Shown: positions 29,340 through 38,553 of the stretch, in pieces
Position numbering within the stretch: the stretch's first letter is position 1
Layout: the number at the start of each line of letters is the position of its first letter
Virus record (IMG/VR): IMGVR_UViG_3300037047_000246
Source: a virus
Lineage: Duplodnaviria; Caudoviricetes
DNA length: 64,000 bases
Direction: 5' to 3' (one strand)
Position numbers and translations under genes: made by a program
The notes under the pieces: generated by a model
Database searches by the model: none
Told to the model about the DNA's origin: nothing
What the model saw: the letters and a program-made list of their open reading frames with translations, nothing else

Positions 29340-29365
29340 GGACGAGTGACTCGTCCTGGTAAAAT
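29340..29365 (+). promoter_or_regulatory. Perfect palindrome (operator candidate) adjacent to a -10 box
   Basis: GGACGAG-TGA-CTCGTCC at 29340-56, then TAAAAT at 29360-65, then N6-ATG of the HTH gene. Confidence 0.5.
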
Positions 29366-29371
29366 AACTGG

Positions 29372-29572
29372 ATGGAAATCACTGAGCAAGACCGCAGCAT
29401 AATTGAGCTGATGAAGGTGCACAGGTCCCTCAAGGTGATTTCCAGGACCTTGCATTTGACTGAAGGCAGAGTGAAGCACAGGCTGTTTCGCGCCGCCAGG
29501 ATACTCAGGGACGGAGGGGATGTTCCATCTGCTGAGGCTTTGGAAAAACTATTTGCCTTGTCTGGACTGTAG
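29372..29572 (+). CDS. Small LuxR/sigma-4-like HTH protein
   Basis: 'ITEQDRSIIELMKVHRSLKVISRTLHLTEGRVKHRLFRAARIL'. Confidence 0.7.
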   Translation: MEITEQDRSIIELMKVHRSLKVISRTLHLTEGRVKHRLFRAARILRDGGDVPSAEALEKLFALSGL

Positions 29573-29581
29573 AGTGTACGC

Positions 29582-29836
29582 ATGGAAGACAACGAAAGAG
29601 ACAGGTTCGACTGCGGCTACGACGCCGGCACAATCGTCGACGGCATAGTGCAGCAGGATCCCGGTACCAAGCAGTACATTCTGGTAGACGAAGATGGCAA
29701 AGCTTTCAATCCGCAGCGCGTGCTCGAAACCCTCGTTGGCAAGAGGGTACGGATGACAATGGTGTCATTCGAAGCCATGGAAAATCTTGAGCGCATGTAC
29801 GAAGCGGCTCAAGCGGCCATGGGCAAGCCGGACTGA
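29582..29836 (+). CDS. Hypothetical protein
   Basis: 84 aa; ATG is preceded by TG-TAGAGT-N6. Confidence 0.65.
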   Translation: MEDNERDRFDCGYDAGTIVDGIVQQDPGTKQYILVDEDGKAFNPQRVLETLVGKRVRMTMVSFEAMENLERMYEAAQAAMGKPD

Positions 29837-29947
29837 TGTTGACTGAGGATTAGGACCATCTTGCTGATAAGGGGTCCCACTTGGACTGCCATGCGTCGCT
29901 CCTGGCAGACCAAACCTTCTGGCGGTGAGTTTTTTCAGGCGGCTTGC

Positions 29948-31063
29948 TTATGTGGTTTCCAGGTCGAGATTTGCCGCCAGGTAAGGAATGACGTCGTTCC
30001 TGCGCTCTACCAACACTCTGCATCCGCGGAACAATTTGAGCTCGGTGAACATTTTGAGATTGTGCAGAGACACGCTCTCTATGGTGACTCCTCCGATATG
30101 GACTGGCTCGACTTTAGCTACCGGGCAGACACGTCCGGTGGGGCCTACTTGCCACACCACGTCCAAGACCCTGGTTTCCGCTTTTTCCGACTCGAATTTC
30201 CAAGCGATCTGACCAAGTGGACACTTGTCGACATGACCAAGCTCTTCAAGCAGCTTCATGTCGTCCACTGAGACCACCATGCCGTCGATGTCGTAGGCCA
30301 CGGAGGAGCGCCAGGCCGCAGATTTATCAAATTCTTCCACGATGAGCTCGACAGTACCTTGGCAGATAGGCGGCACTTTGAATCCTAGGCGCTCTAGCCA
30401 GCTGAACACTAGCACCATGGAGTCGGGGCGTTCTTCAGCTTGAGCCCAATATGCTACGAACTCCAAATCTTCGCACGCGGCGCCCGCTCCTTTCTTCTCC
30501 CGCATTTTGGCTGCCGCCGTGTTGCGCGGGTTGGCATACTTCGCCGCATATTTGTTCTGAAACATGGACCGGAGCATGACCGCTTCGCCGCGCACTGTGG
30601 CGTCGATCTCAGCAAGTTTGCCATCCAACTCTAGTCTGTGCGGCACTGACGGAATGCGCCGCACATTGGTGGTCACGTCTTCTCCAACTATGCCGTCGCC
30701 GCGAGTGACCCCTCGAACAAGCTTTCCGCCTCTATACACTAGCTCAAGAGACGCTCCGTCTATCTTGTGGGTCATGACGAAGGCGCCGGTCGCTCCTGTC
30801 TTGGCTGCCCAGCCGCGGAATTCTTCAGCGCAGTGCACTTTGCTGAGCGACCCCATCAGGATTTCGTGGCGGACCTTTTCCCAGACGGAGACTGATGGAG
30901 GGGCGGCTCCTACTGCACGAGTTTCAAAGTGCTCCGGGCATATTTGCCGAAGTCTGTCTCTGGCTTCGTCGTACTCGTGATCAGGGACCAGCGGGTCCAA
31001 GTTGTAGTACGCTTGTCTCCACAAAGATAATTTGGCAGCAAGTTTTTTGGCTTCTTCGTCCAT
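29948..31063 (-). CDS. ligA: NAD-dependent DNA ligase, N-terminal part (domain Ia + adenylation + OB fold)
   Basis: 'AYY..DPLVPDHEYD', 'HKIDG' (motif I), 'TRGDG.VGEDVT', 'VRGE', 'NPRN', 'DIDGMVV', 'AWKF', 'WQVGPTG', 'SLHN', 'RRNDVIP', then a stop. Confidence 0.92.
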   Translation of the reverse strand: MDEEAKKLAAKLSLWRQAYYNLDPLVPDHEYDEARDRLRQICPEHFETRAVGAAPPSVSVWEKVRHEILMGSLSKVHCAEEFRGWAAKTGATGAFVMTHKIDGASLELVYRGGKLVRGVTRGDGIVGEDVTTNVRRIPSVPHRLELDGKLAEIDATVRGEAVMLRSMFQNKYAAKYANPRNTAAAKMREKKGAGAACEDLEFVAYWAQAEERPDSMVLVFSWLERLGFKVPPICQGTVELIVEEFDKSAAWRSSVAYDIDGMVVSVDDMKLLEELGHVDKCPLGQIAWKFESEKAETRVLDVVWQVGPTGRVCPVAKVEPVHIGGVTIESVSLHNLKMFTELKLFRGCRVLVERRNDVIPYLAANLDLETT

Positions 31064-31084
31064 GGAACAAAATACAGTTGGCAA

Positions 31085-33025
31085 TTACGTCAGCTGCATC
31101 ACCCACCGCTTCTTTCCCAGGTCCCAAATCTTCGTGTAACCCTGAGACTCCCTTAGTTTGCTTTCTGTCGCCTCGCATCCAGGCGGTTTGCGCAAGGCGC
31201 TTTTGTGCCATCTTTTTTGGCCGCGCGTCCAGTAGTAGTCAGGAGCAACGTCGCCGTCGAAGACAAAACCTAGCTTTTCGTAGACCGAGCCAGTGAACAG
31301 CCTGTTATCAGAGAAGCTCACCACAGACCCGCTGCGACCTTCGGCAAACTCACGAAGCAGTTTGTGCCAAATTCCGTGCACCCGGTACCTGGGATTCGAA
31401 GCCATGCGCACCAGTTCCCAACTGTGCTTAGACTGGCGCGTAGGCTTTTTGAAGCTCACGCATGCCACCACTTCTCCGTTCACTGCTGCGCTGAAATTGA
31501 ACTTGGCGCAGCAGCCGCCAAGGTAGTGGTGTTTGTCGTAGAAAGCGTCCGCTTGCGCAGCCTGGATTCGCCCCACTTGCGTCTTGCTCGGGCGCATAGG
31601 TAAACAGTCCAGTCGGCCGACCCTGTTCAAGATCAGGTTCCCAAACACTTCCCGTTTGTTCGCCCATTCGTCTTCGAATATGGACAACATCCCCCACCCG
31701 CATCGCATTGCTTGCGCAAACTTCCGCGCGTCTCTATTGTGAGACTGTTTTCCGGAGTGCCACCGAAGTCCGTTGTGCTCTATGAGAATGCGCTTGCTCG
31801 GCACGCCCACGTCGTACTTCATTCCGTCGACTTCGAACTCTGCCTGTGCATGCACTCCGTTGGCAGCAAGGAAGTCAAGGATGCCTTGTTGCCCGGAGGA
31901 GACTCGGCTGCTCGCACATCCGCAGTTCAAGGAAATTCCCCGCTTGATGTCGTTCATGCGAGGTCTGTATGTTGCGCCACATGCCGGGCACATGGCGTCG
32001 AACGGCGCGTTTCCGCTGACTATCGGCTGCAGCGGCACAACGCCCCCAGGCGGGAAGTCTGACGGAGACACTGGGTACTTGAGCTGACTCAGCTCAAGTA
32101 CGTTGCTGGTGTGCCAGTCTTTTGCGTTTTTGCGGCATTTGCCGCAGCTTTTCGTGACTCCGTTGACGACGTTGGAGACTGTGGCTACGATTTCGTTGCC
32201 GCATGTGCACACCCATACGGTTTGCTTGACTGAATACTTCTTCAGAGCTGTTGGCTTTTTGACGCGGAGCCTGCCAAATGTTCGTCGCTCAGACTCACCG
32301 AGCGTCACTTCGCAGCAGTTTCTGCATCTGCGCGACTTGCTTGACGCGGCGTACTTGACTACGAACAAGTCTCTTTGCCCGCACTTTTCACACACGAAAA
32401 ATTTTCTTGCTGAAGACCTGACGGAAGCAGGTTCGTCGTCGTATACGAACCCTCCAGACTTGTCGCCTCTCTTCAGCATGTCGCACTGACCGCACGTCGT
32501 GCGTCCTGTTTTGAACGCTGAGAAGGTCATGCTGAACGTCGAACCGCATCTGCACCTGAAGGACGCTTTTAGCCTGGATTTGAGTGACCAGGACTGCGGC
32601 AGTCCGTCTTGAAGCAGCTCCGGGACGTCCGCCATCCAGTCTGACGCTGTTCTGACCAGATGCCGTTTTCCGCGCTGTGGTGCTTGCATCTTGTACAAGC
32701 AGCCGCAACTGCTCTTTATGCCAGATGCCACGCGGCTGAGAGGCGCATGCGTGGTGTTGCCGCAGTCGCACACCCAAGGCAGCTGTTGTCTGCCCATGTT
32801 GACCACTTCATCTGCGCGGCATCCCAAGGTCAGCTTGCCGTACCGAACTATGCCGGACTTTTTCCAAACGTGCAGCGCGCAACTGCCGCATGTGGGCGTT
32901 CTGTTCGCGAAAGTGTTCCACCTGACCAAAACCTCGCTCGGATTTCCGCAAGAGCAAACGCACGCGACGAACTTCTTGGAAAAGCGCGATTTTGGCAGTT
33001 TGTCCGGGTTTATCGGCTTTAACAT
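31085..33025 (-). CDS. Free-standing endonuclease, subfamily B (between the ligase halves)
   Basis: Cys-rich repeats; 'YDVGVPSKRILIEHNGLRWH'; 'HHY...WELVRM...SFSDNRLFTG...IWDLGKKRWV'. Start is ATG 33025 or 33076. Confidence 0.75.
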   Translation of the reverse strand: MLKPINPDKLPKSRFSKKFVACVCSCGNPSEVLVRWNTFANRTPTCGSCALHVWKKSGIVRYGKLTLGCRADEVVNMGRQQLPWVCDCGNTTHAPLSRVASGIKSSCGCLYKMQAPQRGKRHLVRTASDWMADVPELLQDGLPQSWSLKSRLKASFRCRCGSTFSMTFSAFKTGRTTCGQCDMLKRGDKSGGFVYDDEPASVRSSARKFFVCEKCGQRDLFVVKYAASSKSRRCRNCCEVTLGESERRTFGRLRVKKPTALKKYSVKQTVWVCTCGNEIVATVSNVVNGVTKSCGKCRKNAKDWHTSNVLELSQLKYPVSPSDFPPGGVVPLQPIVSGNAPFDAMCPACGATYRPRMNDIKRGISLNCGCASSRVSSGQQGILDFLAANGVHAQAEFEVDGMKYDVGVPSKRILIEHNGLRWHSGKQSHNRDARKFAQAMRCGWGMLSIFEDEWANKREVFGNLILNRVGRLDCLPMRPSKTQVGRIQAAQADAFYDKHHYLGGCCAKFNFSAAVNGEVVACVSFKKPTRQSKHSWELVRMASNPRYRVHGIWHKLLREFAEGRSGSVVSFSDNRLFTGSVYEKLGFVFDGDVAPDYYWTRGQKRWHKSALRKPPGCEATESKLRESQGYTKIWDLGKKRWVMQLT

Positions 33026-33139
33026 TGTCGCGCTAGGCTCTTTGTCCAATACCGTACAATGGAAACGTCCATACATCTGTAATATTCCCAGGTGCGGTCT
33101 GTAAGACTGCTTGGGATAGCTGACGTGGAGCGATCGCAC

Positions 33140-33634
33140 ATGAAATTGTCGACTCAAGATGAAGACCGTGGGCTGGTGCGTACTGCGGCAGCTGACCAAG
33201 ATGCTGAGTGGCAGAGGGTAAACTCCTACATTGCCGATGTCCTTAAGGACTGCTACGTTTTGTTTGCCAAACTCGCCCGGTTGCGCGGGGATTTTGCTGG
33301 GTCGGAGCTAGGGAAGCTCGACGGCATTTCCGGCAAGGTTCGAGATCTTGGTCAAGAGCTCGCTGGCTTCTCCAAGTCCTTTACCGAGGGCGAGTATTCG
33401 ATGGACAAGAAGGAGCAGTTTGGCGACCAGGGCGCCGCTGATGAGTTCGACATGCCTGCTGATTTCGAACCCACTGCTGAAGACTTCGACTTTTCTACAG
33501 AAGATGGCGGGCAAGGCGGGCAAGGCGGGCAAGGCGGTGAAGAAGACTTCGAATCTCCCCCCGAGGACGGCCAGGGTGAAGAGGAAGATTTTGAGTCCCC
33601 GCCTGAGGATGAAAAGTCAGATAAAAAAGACTGA
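33140..33634 (+). CDS. Hypothetical protein with an acidic low-complexity tail
   Basis: GGAG SD; tail with (GGQ)x3 and EEDFESPPED x2. Confidence 0.7.
   Translation: MKLSTQDEDRGLVRTAAADQDAEWQRVNSYIADVLKDCYVLFAKLARLRGDFAGSELGKLDGISGKVRDLGQELAGFSKSFTEGEYSMDKKEQFGDQGAADEFDMPADFEPTAEDFDFSTEDGGQGGQGGQGGEEDFESPPEDGQGEEEDFESPPEDEKSDKKD
33506..33538 (+). repeat. 9-bp tandem repeat (GGCGGGCAA)x3 plus a partial unit, in-frame GGQ
   Basis: Read directly from the sequence. Confidence 0.85.
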
Positions 33635-33657
33635 TCCCATGTAGTGTAATCTGCCTC

Positions 33658-34485
33658 ATGGCAGAACTCCAGTTTTTCTCAATACCTGACATTTGCCCCG
33701 TTTGTTCAAGTTCCCTGACCATTGAGGGAGACTTTCTGTACTGCCAGGCGAAGTCGTGTCCAGTGCGCTTGTCGGGGGCCATCAAAGTCTGGGTGGATAG
33801 ACTTGGCCTGTTGCATTGGGGAGATGCTCTCATTGGATCGCTGACTGATCCAGAGAAAACTTCGTCAATTCAGTCGGTCGGTGACCTATATAGATTGTCT
33901 GTTGAAGACATCCAAGAACACTGCTCTGGCCCGAAGATGGCCAAAAAGTGCTGGAAAACGCTGCACGACAATACTTCTGTGCCGCTTGAGATAGTTCTTG
34001 CCGGCATGAATATTGCGAACCTCGGCCTCGCTACAGCCACGGACATCGTTAAAGCTGGTCACGATTCCATAGACAAGGTCCTAGCTCTGACGTTGGAACA
34101 GCTCCAAGAGATCCCCAACATCGGCGAGATAACGGCTCTTCAAATTAGAAACGGGCTTGACTCCCGTCGCGACACCTTGCTTGACTTGGCTTCCATACTC
34201 GACATAACGCTGCCAATTTCCGGACCCCTTCGTGGCAAAAAGGTGTGCATCACAGGCGACGTCTGGGCCCCTCGCAAGGCTGTGCAGAAAATGGTGACTG
34301 CCGCTGGCGGTCAGGCGGTCGATAGCGTATCAAAAGACACGAGCTTTCTGGTTTGCGATGACAGCAGCAGCACCAGTTCTAAGGCCAAGCGCGCAGCTTC
34401 CTACGGCATCCCAATCATAAAGGGTGCCGATTTGAAAAACATTTTGGACGGCGTTGCCACTTGTGACGAGATCGCAAAAAGATAG
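33658..34485 (+). CDS. ligA: NAD-dependent DNA ligase, C-terminal part (Zn finger + HhH + BRCT)
   Basis: 'CPVCSS...YCQAKSCP', HhH 'GDLYRL', 'LGLATA', 'IPNIGEITA', BRCT 'LRGKKVCITG...GGQAVDSVSKDTSFLV...SKAKRA..YGIPII'. Confidence 0.9.
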   Translation: MAELQFFSIPDICPVCSSSLTIEGDFLYCQAKSCPVRLSGAIKVWVDRLGLLHWGDALIGSLTDPEKTSSIQSVGDLYRLSVEDIQEHCSGPKMAKKCWKTLHDNTSVPLEIVLAGMNIANLGLATATDIVKAGHDSIDKVLALTLEQLQEIPNIGEITALQIRNGLDSRRDTLLDLASILDITLPISGPLRGKKVCITGDVWAPRKAVQKMVTAAGGQAVDSVSKDTSFLVCDDSSSTSSKAKRAASYGIPIIKGADLKNILDGVATCDEIAKR

Positions 34486-34488
34486 GCC

Positions 34489-36732
34489 ATGGAAGACCTC
34501 ACTTGCAAAGTGACGAACGTCGTGTTTGTCAATCGCCAAACAGGGTTTTTTGTGCTCAGGGGCACCATCGATGGTTCGGCGAAACTCGTTACTGTGCGCG
34601 GAAGCATGCCTGGTTTGAGCATTGACGTTGGGTTGAAGATCCGGTGCAAAGGTCGGTATGAGGACAACCCAACATACGGCAGGCAGTTCAACGCCAATAT
34701 TTGCGACATAGTGCCAGAGAACGGCCGAATCGGCGTCGTGGCGTACCTGACCACGCATGTCAAATCGATAGGGCCGATCACGGCAGCCAGGATGTATGAT
34801 GCCTTGGGCGACGATCTCCTGCGCGTCTTGGATGAAGAGCCAGATCGCATCAAAGAACTCTCGTTTTTGACCAGGCCTCAAGTGGCCGCTGTGCTCGCAG
34901 AATGGCAGACGGCGTCGGCCTCCCGCACTACAGCAATATTTCTCACAGATCTAGGCTTAGGCGCGTACCAGATCAAGTCTGTGCTTACAGTTTTCGGCGT
35001 TGAGGCAAGGAAACAGATAGAGTCCGATCCGTACAAGCTTTGCGCATGCCCAGGAATCGGATTCTCTACGGCTGACCAAGTGGCCCGCAAGTTGGGTATT
35101 GGCGTGGACGACCCGAAGCGTCTTCGGGCGATGATCCTGTTTCTGATGGAAGACATGGCCAGTAGCGATGGCCATGTGTACGTCACGTCCGATAAAATAC
35201 TGGAACACACCCGCAAAGCGTTCAAACGTCACCACATAGAGCCGTTCTCTCATGGAGAGTACCTGGCGGAGTCTCCGTTTTATGCAGAGCTGTGTGCGCT
35301 CAAAGCCAGCGGAGATATCGTTGGCGACGGGCCGAATTTGTACCTGCCTCACCACTGGACGCACGAGTCGCAGTCGGCTGACCAGGTGTCGGCCATCCTG
35401 GCTGCAGGCGGCGTTGACATTGATTTTGCGTCAATGGTCGCTGAGTTCGAGTCCACCAAAAAGCTGACGCTGTCCGATGACCAGAGAGCCGCGATAGAGC
35501 TGCTGCGGCAATCTCGCATTTGTGTGATATCCGGGTATCCAGGCACAGGCAAGACTACGCTGGTGTCTGCTTTCGTGCATATCTTTGAGCACATGAATTT
35601 GGACTACGCTCTTCTGTCGCCCACAGGCATCGCGTCCAAAAGGTTGTCGCAGGTGACCGGGAAACCCGCATACACCATTCACCGAGCTCTCGGGTGCGAC
35701 AGGGATGGTCAATGGGAATTCAACGCTGCAAACAAATATGTGGTGGATGCGGTCATAGTCGACGAGATGAGCATGGTCGACGCAGCAACTTTTTACCATC
35801 TCATCACTGCTTTGCCGCCCACCACCATTGTGGTGCTTGTTGGAGACTCCGCGCAGTTGCCGTCAGTGGGCGCAGGGTACGTGCTGCATGAACTGATGCG
35901 GTGCCCGCATGTGCCGCATATCTCTTTGACCCGCATCTATAGGCAAGAGGGGTTTTCAGACATCATCGGGGTCGCCCATTCGGTGTTGCGGGGCGAGTCC
36001 GTAGACACTTCTTTCAAGAAGGAGTCTGAGTTCGTATTTCTGCCGATGCCGGCCGACTCTGTGATGGGCGAGGTTGGCAAACTCGCGGCGATGATGAAGG
36101 CTAAGTCTAGCCAGCCAGGAGCAGCGCCTCTGACTTTCCAGGTAATTGCCCCGATGTACGACGGCGACATCGGCGTCAACCGTCTGAACATCCACCTCAG
36201 GCAGGTGCTGAATGACGACTTCGTCGCTGGCAGCGCGAGCAAAATAAAGCACGGCGAAACCGACATCTACGAGGGCGACCGCGTGATGATTATCCGCAAC
36301 GATTACGACCGGATGATCTTCAATGGAGACGTGGGCAAGGTGCATCGCATCTCCATTAAGCAGGATGAGGTGGAGGTACGCATCTTCAACTGGTTTGACT
36401 CTGAATCTAGGATCCCGCGGTATATCGACAAAGTCTTCACCTTCAAAATGGAGGAGGCTCGGTCGATGATGAAAGTCGCCTACGCATGCACCGTCCACAA
36501 GGTGCAGGGCCAGGAGTTCGATTACGTCATTCTGCCCATGACCATGAAGTATGGCATTATGTTGTATCGCAATCTGGTGTACACTGCCATCACGCGGGCT
36601 AAAAAGAAAGTGTTCGTGTTCGGAGATCCGATGGCCTTTAGGTACGCGATCAGCAACGACCGGGAAACTATCCGCAACTCGAACTTGTCCGGGCTCGTCG
36701 GCTTCGACGAAGCGCAGGTGGCGACTGGCTGA
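34489..36732 (+). CDS. recD2: RecD2-like ATP-dependent helicase
   Basis: N-terminal OB fold, 'KSIGPITA', 'DPYKL..CPGIGFSTAD', Walker A 'GYPGTGKTT', 'VDEMSM', 'GDSAQLPSVG', 'AYACTVHKVQGQE', 'YTAITRAK'. Confidence 0.95.
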   Translation: MEDLTCKVTNVVFVNRQTGFFVLRGTIDGSAKLVTVRGSMPGLSIDVGLKIRCKGRYEDNPTYGRQFNANICDIVPENGRIGVVAYLTTHVKSIGPITAARMYDALGDDLLRVLDEEPDRIKELSFLTRPQVAAVLAEWQTASASRTTAIFLTDLGLGAYQIKSVLTVFGVEARKQIESDPYKLCACPGIGFSTADQVARKLGIGVDDPKRLRAMILFLMEDMASSDGHVYVTSDKILEHTRKAFKRHHIEPFSHGEYLAESPFYAELCALKASGDIVGDGPNLYLPHHWTHESQSADQVSAILAAGGVDIDFASMVAEFESTKKLTLSDDQRAAIELLRQSRICVISGYPGTGKTTLVSAFVHIFEHMNLDYALLSPTGIASKRLSQVTGKPAYTIHRALGCDRDGQWEFNAANKYVVDAVIVDEMSMVDAATFYHLITALPPTTIVVLVGDSAQLPSVGAGYVLHELMRCPHVPHISLTRIYRQEGFSDIIGVAHSVLRGESVDTSFKKESEFVFLPMPADSVMGEVGKLAAMMKAKSSQPGAAPLTFQVIAPMYDGDIGVNRLNIHLRQVLNDDFVAGSASKIKHGETDIYEGDRVMIIRNDYDRMIFNGDVGKVHRISIKQDEVEVRIFNWFDSESRIPRYIDKVFTFKMEEARSMMKVAYACTVHKVQGQEFDYVILPMTMKYGIMLYRNLVYTAITRAKKKVFVFGDPMAFRYAISNDRETIRNSNLSGLVGFDEAQVATG

Positions 36733-36756
36733 ACGCGAGTGTAATGTGGTTTGCCT

Positions 36757-38553
36757 ATGCCTTCCTTCATTTGTGGACAGCAGTTCGGGATTTTCACATA
36801 TGAGGGCGATCAAGTTCATCTGACCAGGCGTCAACTCGGGCAACGGGGTCAGTTCAGGTGTAAATGCGGGGCTTTGTCGACGCTGTCGTTCACGAGCGTG
36901 ATGTACGGCGCCTCGGCTCACTGCAGCAAATGCGCGCACACGCATCTTTTGCCAGGATCGCGTTTCGGACGGCTGACTTACGACGGAGCGTCGAAGAGTG
37001 TCGCTCCTGGTAGCACCGCCAAGGTCGAGTTTGTTTGCGACTGCGGCCGGCGCAAGTCAATAGTACTCAGGAGCGTATTAAGCGGAGCGTCCAAGAGCTG
37101 CGGCGACTGCTCCGCCATCGCTCTTACGAACGGTGCCGCCTACGGCAAGCTCACTTACGTCGGACCTGAGCTGCGTGTCAAACCGAGCTCTCGCCAGCGG
37201 GTCCAGTGGTCGTGCTCTTGCGGACGAAGCGTCAGGCGCACAGTGAAAAGCGTACTGAGCTCTGCTGGCAGCGCCGGACTTAGGGGGTGCGGCAAGTGCA
37301 GCGAAGTTCATTTGGAGCCTGGCGACAAATATAAGTGGTTCGAGTATGCAGGGCCTTCTGCGGACGTGTTGCCCAGCAGCACTCAGTGCTGCCGCTTCAA
37401 GTGCAGGTGCGGAGCAGTCAAAGACTACCAGATTCAGCATATCACTCGCGGCCAAAAGACGTGCGGGGAGTGTTTCAACTCAGCGCTTGACTGGTACTCG
37501 AGAAACCGCGATCTGCTGCGTTCAGCGCAGTCGTTCCTTCGGCAGGATTTTCCTGGCGGCGGACTGATCCCTCTGGCAAACATCGTCAATGCCTCTCAGC
37601 CGTTCGACGCCAAATGTCCACTTTGCGGCTCCACGTACAGGCCGCGACTCAGAGACATAAAACGCGGTGTTTCTTTGTCGTGCGGATGCACAAACTTCGC
37701 CGTATCCAGTTTGAATTTGCAACTGTTGGACTGGCTCAAGTCTATTGGCGTGGACGCGGTGCCTGAGCATTCGGTTGGCGGAAAAAGATTCGACGTGGCT
37801 GTGCCAGCATCGAATTTGCTCATAGAAATAAACGGACTCAGATGGCACTCGATGCCAGGAGCCAAAACCAGGGACCTGTCGAAGCACAGGCATGCCGCGT
37901 CCTTCGGCTTCGAAACCCTTATGTTGTTTGAAGACGAGTGGGTGAACAAACGGCAGATCATGTGCGGCATCATCGCCAACAGGTTGAGGATCAACGAGGC
38001 CCGCTGCGCAAGGGCATCCAAATGCGTGGTGGAACGCGTGCCTGTGGCTGCAGCCGACTTGTTTTACGACAGTCACCACTACATCGGCAAAGCAAAAGCC
38101 GGACTGAACTATGCCGCGTTCCTTGGCGGCGTTCAAGTGGCCTGCATGTCGTTCAAACGCCCCACAAGGCAAACTTCCAGACATGAGTGGGAGCTCGTGC
38201 GCATGGCGTCTTCACGCGAGGTCCGCGTGCACGGGGTGTGGTCGAAGCTCATGCACGCTTTTGTGTTGGACAAAGCTCCGGCGTCCGTTGTATCATTTTC
38301 AGACAATCGTCTTTTTACAGGCGGCGTTTACTCTCGCATCGGATTCACTTTGGATGGCGATGTGCCTCAGGACTATTACTGGACCAAGCAGCGGTCTCGC
38401 TGGCATAAATCTGGGCTCCGAAAAACGGATTCGGAGAAAGCCACGGGTAGCACCGAAACTGCACTCAGGACAGCCCAGGGGTACCGGAAGATCTGGGATC
38501 TAGGCAAAAAACGGTGGGTTTGGAGAGACTCATGTCAGAAATCAGATTTTTAA
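36757..38553 (+). CDS. Free-standing endonuclease, subfamily B
   Basis: Repeats 'FGRLTY.G...F.CDCG...SCG.C'; 'FDVAVPASNLLIEINGLRWH'; GNAT-like C-domain ending 'IWDLGKKRWVW'. Confidence 0.75.
   Translation: MPSFICGQQFGIFTYEGDQVHLTRRQLGQRGQFRCKCGALSTLSFTSVMYGASAHCSKCAHTHLLPGSRFGRLTYDGASKSVAPGSTAKVEFVCDCGRRKSIVLRSVLSGASKSCGDCSAIALTNGAAYGKLTYVGPELRVKPSSRQRVQWSCSCGRSVRRTVKSVLSSAGSAGLRGCGKCSEVHLEPGDKYKWFEYAGPSADVLPSSTQCCRFKCRCGAVKDYQIQHITRGQKTCGECFNSALDWYSRNRDLLRSAQSFLRQDFPGGGLIPLANIVNASQPFDAKCPLCGSTYRPRLRDIKRGVSLSCGCTNFAVSSLNLQLLDWLKSIGVDAVPEHSVGGKRFDVAVPASNLLIEINGLRWHSMPGAKTRDLSKHRHAASFGFETLMLFEDEWVNKRQIMCGIIANRLRINEARCARASKCVVERVPVAAADLFYDSHHYIGKAKAGLNYAAFLGGVQVACMSFKRPTRQTSRHEWELVRMASSREVRVHGVWSKLMHAFVLDKAPASVVSFSDNRLFTGGVYSRIGFTLDGDVPQDYYWTKQRSRWHKSGLRKTDSEKATGSTETALRTAQGYRKIWDLGKKRWVWRDSCQKSDF

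Noticed and set aside
29861-30271. 136-aa plus-strand ORF
   Set aside because: It is mostly the antisense shadow of the ligase N-half, with no motifs of its own.
13461-38553. Possibility that the endonuclease genes sit in group I introns
   Set aside because: Flanking genes (purZ, nrdJ, recD2, sbcD) have complete termini, the ORFs abut or overlap their neighbours leaving no room for a ribozyme core, and the ligase halves are on opposite strands, so cis-splicing cannot join them.
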